This document shows positions 20,461 to 30,044 of a stretch of 64,000 bases of DNA, piece by piece (within the stretch, counting starts at the first letter, position 1; every line of letters starts with the position of its first letter). A model generated the notes under the pieces. The model saw nothing but the letters and a program-made list of their open reading frames with translations. It searched no databases and had not been told where the DNA came from. Position numbers and translations under genes: made by a program. Location: the NCBI GenBank assembly GCA_000965745.1, contig CP009479.1, positions 1,536,001 through 1,600,000 of the forward strand, in the 5' to 3' direction. This DNA is from an uncultured archaeon. Lineage in GTDB: Archaea; Thermoplasmatota; Thermoplasmata; Thermoplasmatales; Thermoplasmataceae.

Positions 20461-21272
20461 TATAAACCACCTATTGTGAACGAGATCAAGCCAACAATCA
20501 TTGCAAACTTTGACAGATTCTGGCTTGTGTGTGGGTAGCCAATCTTGTATGCGGACAGGAGGAACAGGGCGTCTGCCACTGCGACTGCCCCAAGGTAATA
20601 AACGGAGAATATGCTGAGATAATATGGCAGGACAGACATTCCCACTGCTACAAGAACGGAGGCAACCGCCACTGCAGATGCGATCCTGACCCCATATCTC
20701 CTGGGCAATGTAACTCTGTCGGTATCCCCCTTCATGTCTTCAATGTCTTTTATCACTTCTCTTGAAAGATTCGCAAGTGAAGCCATTACGAAGAGTATCA
20801 GCATTTTATACGTTGAATTCACTGCGATTCCACCAAAGATGAATATGAGGCCCACCATGATGCTTATTGAAACGTTACCGACGAAGCCTCTCTTTTTCAG
20901 TGTGTACTCATAACTTACTAGAAGTGCCTCAGCAATAATCACCATGATGAAGGCATACAGGGAAATAAACAGGGCCGCCAGTATGAGCGCTGCAGCAAAC
21001 AGGATCACAGATTCCGCCCTGGCCTGGCTCATGGTAATTGTTCCCTGCACAAGGGGCCTTCCCGGGTGGTTCACTCGATCGGAATCGACATCAACTATGT
21101 CATTGATTATATTCCCTGCACCAGTAACCAGAAAAACTACAATTGAAGCAAATATTACAGGGACAAGGTAGTTTCCTATGCCCAGGCCTACGCCTATCAA
21201 CCCTGAAATCCAGGTGGCGATTAAACCCATGAGTGCATTCACAGGCCTGATTATCTTTACCCATTGCTTCAT
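20457..21272 (-). CDS. Digeranylgeranylglyceryl phosphate synthase (UbiA family)
   Basis: NDIVDVDSDRVNHPGRPL and REVIKDIEDMKGD motifs, multi-TM. Confidence 0.9.
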   Translation of the reverse strand: MKQWVKIIRPVNALMGLIATWISGLIGVGLGIGNYLVPVIFASIVVFLVTGAGNIINDIVDVDSDRVNHPGRPLVQGTITMSQARAESVILFAAALILAALFISLYAFIMVIIAEALLVSYEYTLKKRGFVGNVSISIMVGLIFIFGGIAVNSTYKMLILFVMASLANLSREVIKDIEDMKGDTDRVTLPRRYGVRIASAVAVASVLVAVGMSVLPYYLSIFSVYYLGAVAVADALFLLSAYKIGYPHTSQNLSKFAMIVGLISFTIGGLY

Positions 21273-21308
21273 TGAACTAGGTCGGTAACCCTTCTATTTT
21301 TAATATTT

Positions 21309-22376
21309 TTATCTGTATTTTTCTGTCATTAGTTTGGAAATATTGTCATAGGCGGTCATCAGTGAATCTTCAACTTTCAAGCCGCTAAATGAATAATGAG
21401 TTCTGTGGGACTTAACACCCATATCTGCCAGGTGCTGAGCTACTGCTTCCATCGGTGGCATATTTGACCTGACATTCCGTGCAATGTCTGAAAGCTCCAG
21501 AAAAAGTACAGAAGTGTCTTCATTCTCCAGGTAATTCAGGTAACTTTCAGATTTTGGGGAACTATGGACCAGTTTCTCGTCTGCCATCGACTTTACCGTA
21601 TCGGGATTTGAAAGTTTTCCCTTCCAGACAGGCCCCTCATCTGCATCTTCATAAGTGTTCGAAAGCAGTTTGTGCTTGTTCAGCGTGCCAATCTGCTCAA
21701 GGGTATTATCAGCTTTCGCTGCGCCATGTTCCACCCTGAATATGACCCGGTAAAAGTGGGAATGCCAGAACGAAATCTCGGGCGTTGCTGCCATATCAAG
21801 GACCGCGGCTCTCTTGGCTATGTACGAAATGAGGAGCCTTATTCCCATCTCGTGCTTGAACATGTCAGTCTTGATGTATGCATCATATCTTCTCTTCGTT
21901 TTTGCCCTCACAGACCCTGTCAGGGAAGAAAGGTCAGTAGCGGTGGCTCCCACGAATCCCCTATTCCTGACGCCTGTTATGGCTTTATCGATGTAGGGGA
22001 TTATTGAGCCATACGGGTCTATATCAATAAAATCGAAAAGATGGCGTTCTATGGTTTTCTCAAAGCTCTCATTGAATATCTCAACTCTGGCACTGTTCCT
22101 CTCGATGTTATTCAGTGCAATTCTGTAAGAGGCCGGATTTATCTCCGACATAACGGTGCTTATGCCGGCTTCCCGGTCAACCCTTATGCCTCTAATGCCA
22201 GATGCGCCAAAGGCATCCAGGAATTTCTCGGGCCTTTTTGCAGCAAGAAATGACAAAGTAAGGTCTCTGTTGAGACGCTGCGACGGGTTATAGAAACCGA
22301 CCGTCCTTGTTCCAGGGCCTTTTTTAACAGGTTCAGAAGGTAACTCTATCTGGGCCGCACCTTCATTGACGATCAC
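21309..22376 (-). CDS. trm1: tRNA (guanine-26-N2)-dimethyltransferase
   Basis: FYNP..LNRD, ASGIRGIR, IDIDPYGS, TATD. Confidence 0.9.
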   Translation of the reverse strand: MIVNEGAAQIELPSEPVKKGPGTRTVGFYNPSQRLNRDLTLSFLAAKRPEKFLDAFGASGIRGIRVDREAGISTVMSEINPASYRIALNNIERNSARVEIFNESFEKTIERHLFDFIDIDPYGSIIPYIDKAITGVRNRGFVGATATDLSSLTGSVRAKTKRRYDAYIKTDMFKHEMGIRLLISYIAKRAAVLDMAATPEISFWHSHFYRVIFRVEHGAAKADNTLEQIGTLNKHKLLSNTYEDADEGPVWKGKLSNPDTVKSMADEKLVHSSPKSESYLNYLENEDTSVLFLELSDIARNVRSNMPPMEAVAQHLADMGVKSHRTHYSFSGLKVEDSLMTAYDNISKLMTEKYR

Positions 22377-22919
22377 TTATGAACCTTCTTCTCCGCGTAT
22401 AACTCTCAGGACCTTGAACGGAAGCAAGCTCCTGTTGATTGGTGTAATGTCAAACACCCTGATACCTTCTAGGCTTCTTATTTCCTGCAGTACAGGGTTT
22501 CTGGATTTCTTGTGAAGTGTTACTATTATGGGTTTCTCGAACTTGAGAGTCTCCTCTATCTCCTTCTGGATGGTCTTGGTCACGTTCTCCAGCTTTCCCA
22601 CTTCATCAATAACAATCACGTCTGCGTTTTCCCTGGCTCTCTGTAAGCTCGGAAGCAGAATGTCCTCAAGCAATCTTGTATCTACACCTATCTTGTCTAT
22701 TTTGGCCCGGGAAATTATCCCCTTGTCAGCGAAAACTGCTCTCTTCTTGGTATATATGTCGTATATGGAATAGCCGGTGAGTTTCCCATGCTCTGCTATC
22801 TCACTGACGAGTACGCCCTGAACGTTTGAGCCATCGTGTTCAAGCATCTCAATTATTTTTCTCAGAGCATCAGCTTTAATTGAGCCAACCGGTCCGGTTA
22901 TTCCTATCTTTACCGCCAT
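22377..22919 (-). CDS. THEP1-family nucleoside triphosphatase
   Basis: KIGITGPVGSIK (divergent P-loop), VIVIDEVGKLE, ITPINR. Confidence 0.8.
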   Translation of the reverse strand: MAVKIGITGPVGSIKADALRKIIEMLEHDGSNVQGVLVSEIAEHGKLTGYSIYDIYTKKRAVFADKGIISRAKIDKIGVDTRLLEDILLPSLQRARENADVIVIDEVGKLENVTKTIQKEIEETLKFEKPIIVTLHKKSRNPVLQEIRSLEGIRVFDITPINRSLLPFKVLRVIRGEEGS

Positions 22920-22925
22920 TTGCAA

Positions 22926-23288
22926 CTATTCCTCCAGGTGCATTAATGGATAATCCATTTCCTTTATGTATTCCAGCTTTGCAGTTATCTTCTCATCGTT
23001 GTATTTTACTTTTATTGTGACGTCCAGCATCTCTCCGGAGAGTGTAATGTATTTGTATACTCCCTGCCTCTTCTTCACAATTTCCCTGTCTATGCTCACT
23101 TCAGCGTCCTGGACAAATGGCTGAACCATGACACTTTCCTTCATGGCATTCTGCAGAGAAGTCAGGTTGCTTAGATTTATGGGCACTCCCACATACTGGT
23201 GATAAATGGTGCCAAGCTTTATGCCAGCTTCAAATATTGCTCTTTCTCTGTCAGTACAAGAAAAATATTCGCTGGCCGGGTCTTTCAT
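22926..23288 (-). CDS. mptD: Archaeal dihydroneopterin aldolase family (MptD)
   Basis: TDRERAIFEAGIKLGTIYHQYVG and C-terminal YPLM. Confidence 0.85.
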   Translation of the reverse strand: MKDPASEYFSCTDRERAIFEAGIKLGTIYHQYVGVPINLSNLTSLQNAMKESVMVQPFVQDAEVSIDREIVKKRQGVYKYITLSGEMLDVTIKVKYNDEKITAKLEYIKEMDYPLMHLEE

Positions 23289-23502
23289 TAATAACCTATA
23301 TAGCACAAAATTAAATAAAAGTTTTTAAATTATTTTGTAGGCTCCAAATTTACGCTTGTCGTCGTGAAATGATCAATAGGAAATCTGGCATTGGCGGAGA
23401 TCACATTTCAGGCATGTTCCCATAAGGGACTTCAACAGAAAATCGATACAATGAAATACCGGCAATTCCTTAACCAGATGATAAACTATTAGGTAGGACA
23501 CT

Positions 23503-23757
23503 ATGGCAAGACGAAAAAACAACAGCAACAATCTGGCAGAGGCATTCGTTTCGTGGATGTCATTCAACGCGGCATACAGAATTTTCGGACTGGCTATGGT
23601 GATTCTTGGGCTATCATTCTACCTCGCCTGGTCCATACTTTACAACACCTGGGCCGACCCCGGGCTGTATTCGGTTACGGTTATCCTGGTTGTGTTCGGG
23701 ATACTTTCACTTCTCCTGGCCGGTGAGAAGGAGAGGAATCCAGGAAAGCAGAGATAG
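23503..23757 (+). CDS. Small two-TM membrane protein
   Basis: Two hydrophobic helices flanking NTWADPGLYS. Confidence 0.65.
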   Translation: MARRKNNSNNLAEAFVSWMSFNAAYRIFGLAMVILGLSFYLAWSILYNTWADPGLYSVTVILVVFGILSLLLAGEKERNPGKQR

Positions 23758-23759
23758 GG

Positions 23760-25163
23760 TTATTCTCCGGCATCTATAATATCAGATTCAAGTTTGGAAC
23801 CCAATATTCTTGTTTTTTTGAGTCTCCCGTTTTCGACAAACAGGCATTCAGAATAAGGGCTGTTTCTTCCGCCGGAAAGGTCCTCAGCATCGAGGTCGCC
23901 AAAAGCCTGGAGGCCGAACCTGTTCAACTCTGCCCTCCCCATCCCTCTGCTCCTGAAGATGAACACCGAACTGCTGTTTTCAGCAATGACATTTGAAAGA
24001 TGGTTTCTTGAGAGATCATCTGGATTTTGTGTTACACATATCACCGAGGCACGGTAATGTCTTGAATGCCTTATCATTCTCGAAAGCATCTCCAGCGAAT
24101 TTTTATTTGCCAGCACCAGATGAGCCTCGTCTATGAGAATCATCTTTCTTCTATTGGGATTCTCAGCCATTGCATTGTATATTCTCCCGAGAAGGGCAAT
24201 CATCTTCCTTGAAGAGTCATCATCCAACAGGTTGCTGATCTTGTATATTTCCACATCCACGTTTCCGGAGCCATTTTCTTCATGCTCGCTTTCCCTGTCC
24301 AGGTGGGGAATGCCCGAATCTGCATTTAGTGCTACTACTTTGCAAGATCCAGGAAACATTGAGCAGGCATATTCATCGAGAGGATCCAGAATTGCAATGC
24401 TGTCAACAGAACGTGTCGTTGCGAACCTCATCAGGAGTATTTTAGCGAAGAACGATTTTCCTGATCCCGTCTCTCCGAATATCAGCACGTTGTGGGAATT
24501 CTTGTTAAAAATATCCAGAAAGACTGGTTTTTCCGTGATGTCATCAACCCCAAGAGCAACTCCTCCCGCTTTGGGAACAGGGGTGAACGAAAGTGGGAAA
24601 ATTGAGGATGCTGAATGAGTATCCATCAGGTACGGCTTACCCACATTATCCTTTGGCGACGACATCTCCTTGAGCCTGTTTGTTGAGATATACTCAACGG
24701 GTCGGACGATGAGGCCCATAAGCTTCATCACAGACGAAAATGTAGCAGCACTCTCCCTTAATTTTACTGGATGTTCCGAAGATACCCTGAAGGAAGCAAA
24801 AAGGTTCACCAGAAGTGATCTCCTGGCCCCAATTCTTGAGGACATGTTCTCAAGGTCGTATATCTGGCGGTTCAGCTTCTCGCGTTCGGAGTCCCCCATT
24901 GTCCTGCTGTACCTGATTTCAGACTTTCTGTCTGCGATGTATTTGCCAAGTGTGGATGAGCTGACTTTCTCCGGAACAGGCCTGATTATGAATTTCATCA
25001 GAACAGGAAAGCTGAGAGATTCCAGTAATGGCAGGTAATCTGTCCCACCCCCGTAGTCTGAATCCACGAGAGTAAAAACCTGGTGGTGCTGATCAGTCGT
25101 GTAATACGCTTTCCCAATCTTGAAATTTGTGTTTCTCAACCTTCTACTATCATTCATAAACAT
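23760..25163 (-). CDS. VirB4/HerA-FtsK superfamily ATPase
   Basis: LGVD..PVFLDIF, NSHNVLIFGETGSGKS (Walker A), ILDPLDEY, ILIDEAH (Walker B), RHSRHY..VTQNP. Confidence 0.85.
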   Translation of the reverse strand: MFMNDSRRLRNTNFKIGKAYYTTDQHHQVFTLVDSDYGGGTDYLPLLESLSFPVLMKFIIRPVPEKVSSSTLGKYIADRKSEIRYSRTMGDSEREKLNRQIYDLENMSSRIGARRSLLVNLFASFRVSSEHPVKLRESAATFSSVMKLMGLIVRPVEYISTNRLKEMSSPKDNVGKPYLMDTHSASSIFPLSFTPVPKAGGVALGVDDITEKPVFLDIFNKNSHNVLIFGETGSGKSFFAKILLMRFATTRSVDSIAILDPLDEYACSMFPGSCKVVALNADSGIPHLDRESEHEENGSGNVDVEIYKISNLLDDDSSRKMIALLGRIYNAMAENPNRRKMILIDEAHLVLANKNSLEMLSRMIRHSRHYRASVICVTQNPDDLSRNHLSNVIAENSSSVFIFRSRGMGRAELNRFGLQAFGDLDAEDLSGGRNSPYSECLFVENGRLKKTRILGSKLESDIIDAGE

Positions 25164-25176
25164 ACCTCATATACAA

Positions 25177-25902
25177 TCATGAAAGTGATTCAAGAATCAA
25201 GCTGAGCGTTTTCCCGTCCTCCACAAGTTCGCAGTTCCCCGCAACCCCAGAGAGGGCAGACCTTATCGTATTCAAGTCATCCATGAGGCCTCTGCCCGAA
25301 ATCTCGCTGTTTCTCCCATTCCCCCACACGATGATGAAGGATCTGTAGTAATATTGATCCTCAAACAGATAATCCAGGAATCTGTTGTAATTTTCTGATA
25401 ACCTGTCAGCTTCCTCTACATGATACATTTTGGAGTCCACAGAAAAGGGTATGGCAAGGAAACTGGCCGCCCTTCCCATGGAAGAAAAGGCATTTGAAAC
25501 CGCTTTTTCAAAATCTTTCCTGCTTTCAGGATTCAACGTGTGGACGTCTGCCCCTTTAACCTCAAGGCAGTATCCTTTACTTGCGCCCTTAAGGAAGAAG
25601 TGATTATCATTTACGGCATCCACCTTCACCCCGTTTGGCGGAATCCCGCGATGCGATGAAGCTTTCCAGAGGATGCTCCTTGCCACCAGAGTTCCTATGG
25701 AAGACCCTTTCCTTACAGGAACAAAGAAAACAAGGGCAAAAACCAGTGCAAGCAGAGAGTAAAACAATGATATCTCTGACACCATGGCCGCCAGTGAAAC
25801 AGAAACAAGAATCAGCACAGCATTCCTCGCTTCCAGTCCTGCAATTTTAGGCATGAAAGTGTTTATGTTTGCAGGTATCCTGTTATTGCCCTTACTCCTC
25901 GT
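25177..25902 (-). CDS. PrgI/VirB3-like two-TM protein with a soluble domain resembling VirB4 N-terminal region
   Basis: RIPANINTFMPKIAGLEARN followed by two TM helices, then LEVKGADVHTLNPE; start uncertain (ACG at 25902 or ATG near 25854). Confidence 0.55.
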   Translation of the reverse strand, partial: TRSKGNNRIPANINTFMPKIAGLEARNAVLILVSVSLAAMVSEISLFYSLLALVFALVFFVPVRKGSSIGTLVARSILWKASSHRGIPPNGVKVDAVNDNHFFLKGASKGYCLEVKGADVHTLNPESRKDFEKAVSNAFSSMGRAASFLAIPFSVDSKMYHVEEADRLSENYNRFLDYLFEDQYYYRSFIIVWGNGRNSEISGRGLMDDLNTIRSALSGVAGNCELVEDGKTLSLILESLS

Positions 25903-26932
25903 ATGAATCCACCTCGAAGCGGTTATATTCAAGATCCCGTGCCAGGGCGAAATCCTGCATCGACGTCTTTTTTGCACGGGAGGCGAAAGTGCCTGATTTT
26001 CCTGCAGTGCCGAACACATCCCCAACTGAATTCTTTACGCTTCCTGACGCAAACTTACCTATTGCCCCCGCAGGACCTGAAACAGAAGATCCCAGAAAAT
26101 CCCCGGTATTCATAAGGGAAGTTGCCGAAGAACTGAGTATCGAGCTGGCGGTAACTAGAAGGTACGGGCTGGATGCGGCCAAGATAATAAATGCAGCCTG
26201 AAGAAGGAAGTTTCCATAGAAAATATGGGCATTATACAGTATTATCAGGATAAAGAAGGGGAGCGCATTTATCTCTATGAAAAGTTTCCAGAATTTGACG
26301 GCAAGGCTATCAAACCCCTTTATAACGAAAAAAAGGGAGAACAGTGGAAGTGTGGACACAAGAAAAATGGCAAGGGCCTGTCTTATTTCAAGAACTGCCA
26401 GGAGCGCTCCTGTTCCGACGAAGTAAAGTGAAAGAAGGAGAAATTCCATGACCTGGAAAAATGGATTTTCAGAGTAGCTTGCCTTGATTTGGGCAACTGA
26501 ATTCGAAACAGACAAGAGTGAATACCAGTCTACGGACCCATAGTTCCATACCTGGAGGAATATGGCCTGAAATATCTTCATTACAAAAATTGAAGTCTGC
26601 AGGGAGAAGAATGACAAGATGACAGCAAAAACGGACCTGTAGAGCAGGGAGGAAGGGAATTGTATTTTCCCCAGTGAGTTAGAAGCCATGAGTGCAAACG
26701 AGCCGGCTAGAAGCAGGGCCCCTGCGATTGTCAGGTATATACTGTTGTAGAGGGCGTTGAAAAATGCCATAAACGAACTATTTGCCGCTATCCCAACGGG
26801 GAATGAGTACTGCGGAGTCAACCCGTAATACACAACGTAATACCAAATGGCAGCAACTAACGCTATGTAGGCATGGTTAATAAGCGAAATAAGTGCTGAA
26901 AGCGTTCCAGGCAGAGTGGAAAGCAACGACAT
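25892..26932 (-). CDS. Polytopic membrane protein, VirB6/TrbL-like
   Basis: About 7-8 TM helices, LPLF..KFWKLFIE motif, Gly/Ser/Ala-rich cytoplasmic tail; context next to pilin and VirB4-like gene. Confidence 0.6.
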   Translation of the reverse strand: MSLLSTLPGTLSALISLINHAYIALVAAIWYYVVYYGLTPQYSFPVGIAANSSFMAFFNALYNSIYLTIAGALLLAGSFALMASNSLGKIQFPSSLLYRSVFAVILSFFSLQTSIFVMKIFQAIFLQVWNYGSVDWYSLLSVSNSVAQIKASYSENPFFQVMEFLLLSLYFVGTGALLAVLEIRQALAIFLVSTLPLFSLFFVIKGFDSLAVKFWKLFIEINALPFFILIILYNAHIFYGNFLLQAAFIILAASSPYLLVTASSILSSSATSLMNTGDFLGSSVSGPAGAIGKFASGSVKNSVGDVFGTAGKSGTFASRAKKTSMQDFALARDLEYNRFEVDSYEE

Positions 26933-26936
26933 TTTT

Positions 26937-27227
26937 CTACGATCCGGAAACTATGAACTTGAAGATTGCATAAAGCGTACCGCTGAGGGCAAGCACATAG
27001 ATCAGTGTACCAATGAATGCATTCTTAAGCCTGATTTTTGCGTCATATCGCCTATCTTCGTCTCCGCTGAAAAAAGAAATCGCGATGGGAACCCACAGAA
27101 GCCCGATTATTACGGCGGAAACAGAAGCCACAACTTCATAGATCCGGTTTACCACACCTGACAGCTGTGAACTAATGACCAAAACGGTATTAGAGAGAAA
27201 ATGAAACTCAATAGCACTTAATACCAT
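26937..27227 (-). CDS. VirB2/TrbC-like conjugative-type pilin
   Basis: Two hydrophobic helices separated by SGDEDRRYDAKIRLKNAFIG, typical T4SS pilin pattern. Confidence 0.7.
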   Translation of the reverse strand: MVLSAIEFHFLSNTVLVISSQLSGVVNRIYEVVASVSAVIIGLLWVPIAISFFSGDEDRRYDAKIRLKNAFIGTLIYVLALSGTLYAIFKFIVSGS

Positions 27228-27289
27228 TTTTGAATGATATTAATGTAATATTTAACAACTTGCCATTTTGTGGCAAATTCAATAATGTT

Positions 27290-27784
27290 TCAGGGAGACC
27301 CCTTCGCCTCCTCTTTTATCTTGTGAAGAAGTCTCATCCTCTCCTTGCTTCTCTCTTCCCCATTGCTGAACCTCAGTTTTTCCTCGTCAGTCTCAAGCAG
27401 TAAGGGTGGAACCTCGGTTGGCCTGCCACTCTGGTCAACTGCAACGTAAGTGAGATAAGCTTTGGTAGTGAAGCTTGTAGTTCCCGTCAGGCCCTCCTGG
27501 GAAAACACGTCAACTTCAATTTCCATTGTTGATCTTGTCACATGGTTTATCCTCCCCTCCAATCTTACAATGTCACCGAGCTGTATTGGGGAAAGGAAGA
27601 ACAGGCTGTCAATGCTCCCTGTCACTGCCCGCCGCCTGCCATGTTTGATGGCAACTATGGAGGCGACATTGTCGATCCACTCCATCAGGTGCCCACCATA
27701 AAGGGCATTGAAAATGTTTGTATCAGCCGGCAGGACAAGTCGCTCAATCTCCGTCAATGATTCCTTCGGTGATTTCTTCTTCAT
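27290..27784 (-). CDS. Acyl-CoA thioesterase (hotdog fold)
   Basis: VLPADTN..LYGGHLMEWID, YVAVD..GRP. Confidence 0.9.
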   Translation of the reverse strand: MKKKSPKESLTEIERLVLPADTNIFNALYGGHLMEWIDNVASIVAIKHGRRRAVTGSIDSLFFLSPIQLGDIVRLEGRINHVTRSTMEIEVDVFSQEGLTGTTSFTTKAYLTYVAVDQSGRPTEVPPLLLETDEEKLRFSNGEERSKERMRLLHKIKEEAKGSP

Positions 27785-27909
27785 GGTACTCCAACGTTTA
27801 ACCCGAGAAAATACATTCGGTTTGCCGATATCTGGGTGAGAAACCTCCTCTCGAAAGGGGCTGGCGGATGTCACGATCATCTATTATACACAAGACCTAT
27901 TCATCGTCC

Positions 27910-28587
27910 ATGGCTGACTTGGAGGCAGAGAAAAAGGCGGCTGCACTTGAAGCTATCAAGCATGTCAGGAATGGAATGCTATTGGGAATCGGTACCGGCT
28001 CGACCGTATCTTATTTCATGGAAGCTCTTGCCACAAAAGTCTCAGAGGGGTTGAAAATAACCGGGGTTCCAACTTCTAAGGCAACCGAATTAAAATCCCT
28101 GGAACTTGGCATCCCCATCACAAACAATCCCACGAGGAAGATGGATATCACATTCGATGGCGCCGATGAGGCAGATGCGAACGGCGATCTTATCAAGGGA
28201 GGTGGTGGAGCCCTTCTGAGAGAAAAGATAATCGCCTTCAACAGCAATGAGATGTATGTGATGGTGGACGGATCAAAACTTAAGGCTGCCGGTGAGCTTG
28301 GAGACTTTCCGCTGCCGGTAGAGGTAATACCATTCCTGGAGGACAGGACAAAGCTGAACATTGAAAACCTAGGCGCATCATGCTCATTCAGGTCAGGCAA
28401 AAGATTCATCACTGATAACGGAAACTACATTCTTGACTGCAAATTCGGCAAAATAGAAGACCCGAAGCTTCTCGAGTCTCAAGTCAAAGATATACCGGGC
28501 ATTGTAGAAGTTGGCCTGTTCTGTGGATACGCAAACAAGATATTCGAAGGCACCTCAGTAGGATGCAGGGTTCATGAAATCAAATAG
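27910..28587 (+). CDS. rpiA: Ribose-5-phosphate isomerase A
   Basis: GIGTGST, DGADE, IKGGGGALLREK, TDNGNY. Confidence 0.96.
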   Translation: MADLEAEKKAAALEAIKHVRNGMLLGIGTGSTVSYFMEALATKVSEGLKITGVPTSKATELKSLELGIPITNNPTRKMDITFDGADEADANGDLIKGGGGALLREKIIAFNSNEMYVMVDGSKLKAAGELGDFPLPVEVIPFLEDRTKLNIENLGASCSFRSGKRFITDNGNYILDCKFGKIEDPKLLESQVKDIPGIVEVGLFCGYANKIFEGTSVGCRVHEIK

Positions 28588-28589
28588 AA

Positions 28590-28946
28590 TTATTGTTTGA
28601 AGGTCTTAAGCTGTTTTATATTTGAATTTATTTCGCTGATTTTGCTTTCAAGGTCCTGGATTATTTCTTCAAGAATCTCGTTGAAGTCCTTGGACAGCTT
28701 ATACCCATGAATAGGCCTGCCTTTACCTTCCTTCTTCATGTTTCTCTTGTTGATCCATCCCTTTCTCCTGAGCCACTGCATGGCTATCGAAACCTCAGGC
28801 TGTCTCAGTCCTGTCTCTCTCTCGATTTCAACACTGGTTATTTCCCCTTTGTTTCTGATATATACAAGAGTGTATGCAACGCTCCTCGGTATATCTGAAA
28901 TTATCAGATATTTCGCCAGGCGTTCGTTCTCCTCGGATAGGGTCAT
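28590..28946 (-). CDS. ArsR/wHTH-type archaeal transcriptional regulator
   Basis: SVEIERETGLRQPEVSIAM..KGKGRP. Confidence 0.8.
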   Translation of the reverse strand: MTLSEENERLAKYLIISDIPRSVAYTLVYIRNKGEITSVEIERETGLRQPEVSIAMQWLRRKGWINKRNMKKEGKGRPIHGYKLSKDFNEILEEIIQDLESKISEINSNIKQLKTFKQ

Positions 28947-29071
28947 ATCGTTCAATAATATTATAATTCTATAAATATGTAATGGTTGCCAAAAAATACT
29001 AAAATCGCAAGTCCCTAGATTAAGAATTTGATTTTTTTCTCTTATGTAATTTTAATGAAATCGGCAATAGA

Positions 29072-29338
29072 CTAAGTCTTTGCAAGTGCTTCGAGCCTGC
29101 TGATGATCGTATACAATGAAGCTCTTCCATGAGCTGGAACATTGGGATCATTTGCAATTTCATCCAGAAGAGATACGGCTGTAGCACATCTCAAGTCGAG
29201 GCTGTCCTCTTCCTTGGACAATGCTGACCTTGAATCTGTTGCCGTCTTTCGCACATTCTTTGGTACGGATGTATCCTGTGAAAGCTCGTCCAACAGAAAC
29301 ACTACTTCTTCTAACATTTTTTCATCCATAATTTTCAC
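29072..29338 (-). CDS. UPF0147 family protein
   Basis: DTSVPKNVRK..DPNVPAHGR. Confidence 0.85.
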   Translation of the reverse strand: MKIMDEKMLEEVVFLLDELSQDTSVPKNVRKTATDSRSALSKEEDSLDLRCATAVSLLDEIANDPNVPAHGRASLYTIISRLEALAKT

Positions 29339-29649
29339 TCTCCCATTAGTTGGCCCATGTCTTTCTTTATTGTGAGCACCATCATAGTCTTTGACCCCCT
29401 GATGCCTGAAATCTGGCTCATCTTGTTTACCAGGAAATCCTGCAACCCATCGTAATTGGGGAATCTCACCTTGAGGATGATGTCGTAGTCTCCTGTTACG
29501 ATAAAGACATCTTCTGTAAAATTTTCTTTTGCGAGTTCACCGCCTATGGCTTCTACCCTGCTGACATCGGCTTCTATCCCGATCAGCGCTGTTACTATTT
29601 TGTTGGTATAATATTCATCAAGTTCTTTCGATATCTCAACATCGCTCAT
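29335..29649 (-). CDS. Stand-alone Lrp/AsnC ligand-binding (RAM) domain protein
   Basis: VTGDYDIILKV..ISGIRGSKTMMVL, no HTH. Confidence 0.82.
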   Translation of the reverse strand: MSDVEISKELDEYYTNKIVTALIGIEADVSRVEAIGGELAKENFTEDVFIVTGDYDIILKVRFPNYDGLQDFLVNKMSQISGIRGSKTMMVLTIKKDMGQLMGE

Positions 29650-29807
29650 ACAACTCTCCCCCAGCTCCGCGGTTTAGCAACTTATTGGGCCATAATCTGC
29701 CAACCGAAGCCTACAATCATGCCTCGCCGTCTATAGCACAAATCAAAATAAGAGTTTCGCCGAAGCTGAATTCACAGTCAAAAAAATTGGGAAGGGCAGT
29801 TGTTGGA

Positions 29808-29969
29808 CTAGACAAACTCTTCTTCGAGTTCCATCATGACCTGGTTCAAAACTTCTTCGAACGTCCTGCCGGAATACTCCCTTAGACCTCCTATTTCGGT
29901 TCTGAGTTTGGCCAGGTATGTTCCGTCATCTTCGAGATCAAATTCAATATTGCAAATAAGTTCCTGCAT
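29808..29969 (-). CDS. Small acidic protein (53 aa), HicB-N-like pattern
   Basis: Manual translation MQELICNIEFDLEDDGTYLAKLRTEIGGLREYSGRTFEEVLNQVMMELEEEFV with AGGAG upstream; below ORF-track cutoff. Confidence 0.65.
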   Translation of the reverse strand: MQELICNIEFDLEDDGTYLAKLRTEIGGLREYSGRTFEEVLNQVMMELEEEFV

Positions 29970-30044
29970 TTTTATTTCAACTCCTGACGCCTTATTTATT
30001 TGTTGTTATAAATCTTTCCCGGATATCTACTTATTCATTTTGAC

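Noticed and set aside
23760-27227. Integrated conjugative plasmid/ICE
   Set aside because: No relaxase, coupling protein, integrase, flanking direct repeats or evident compositional break
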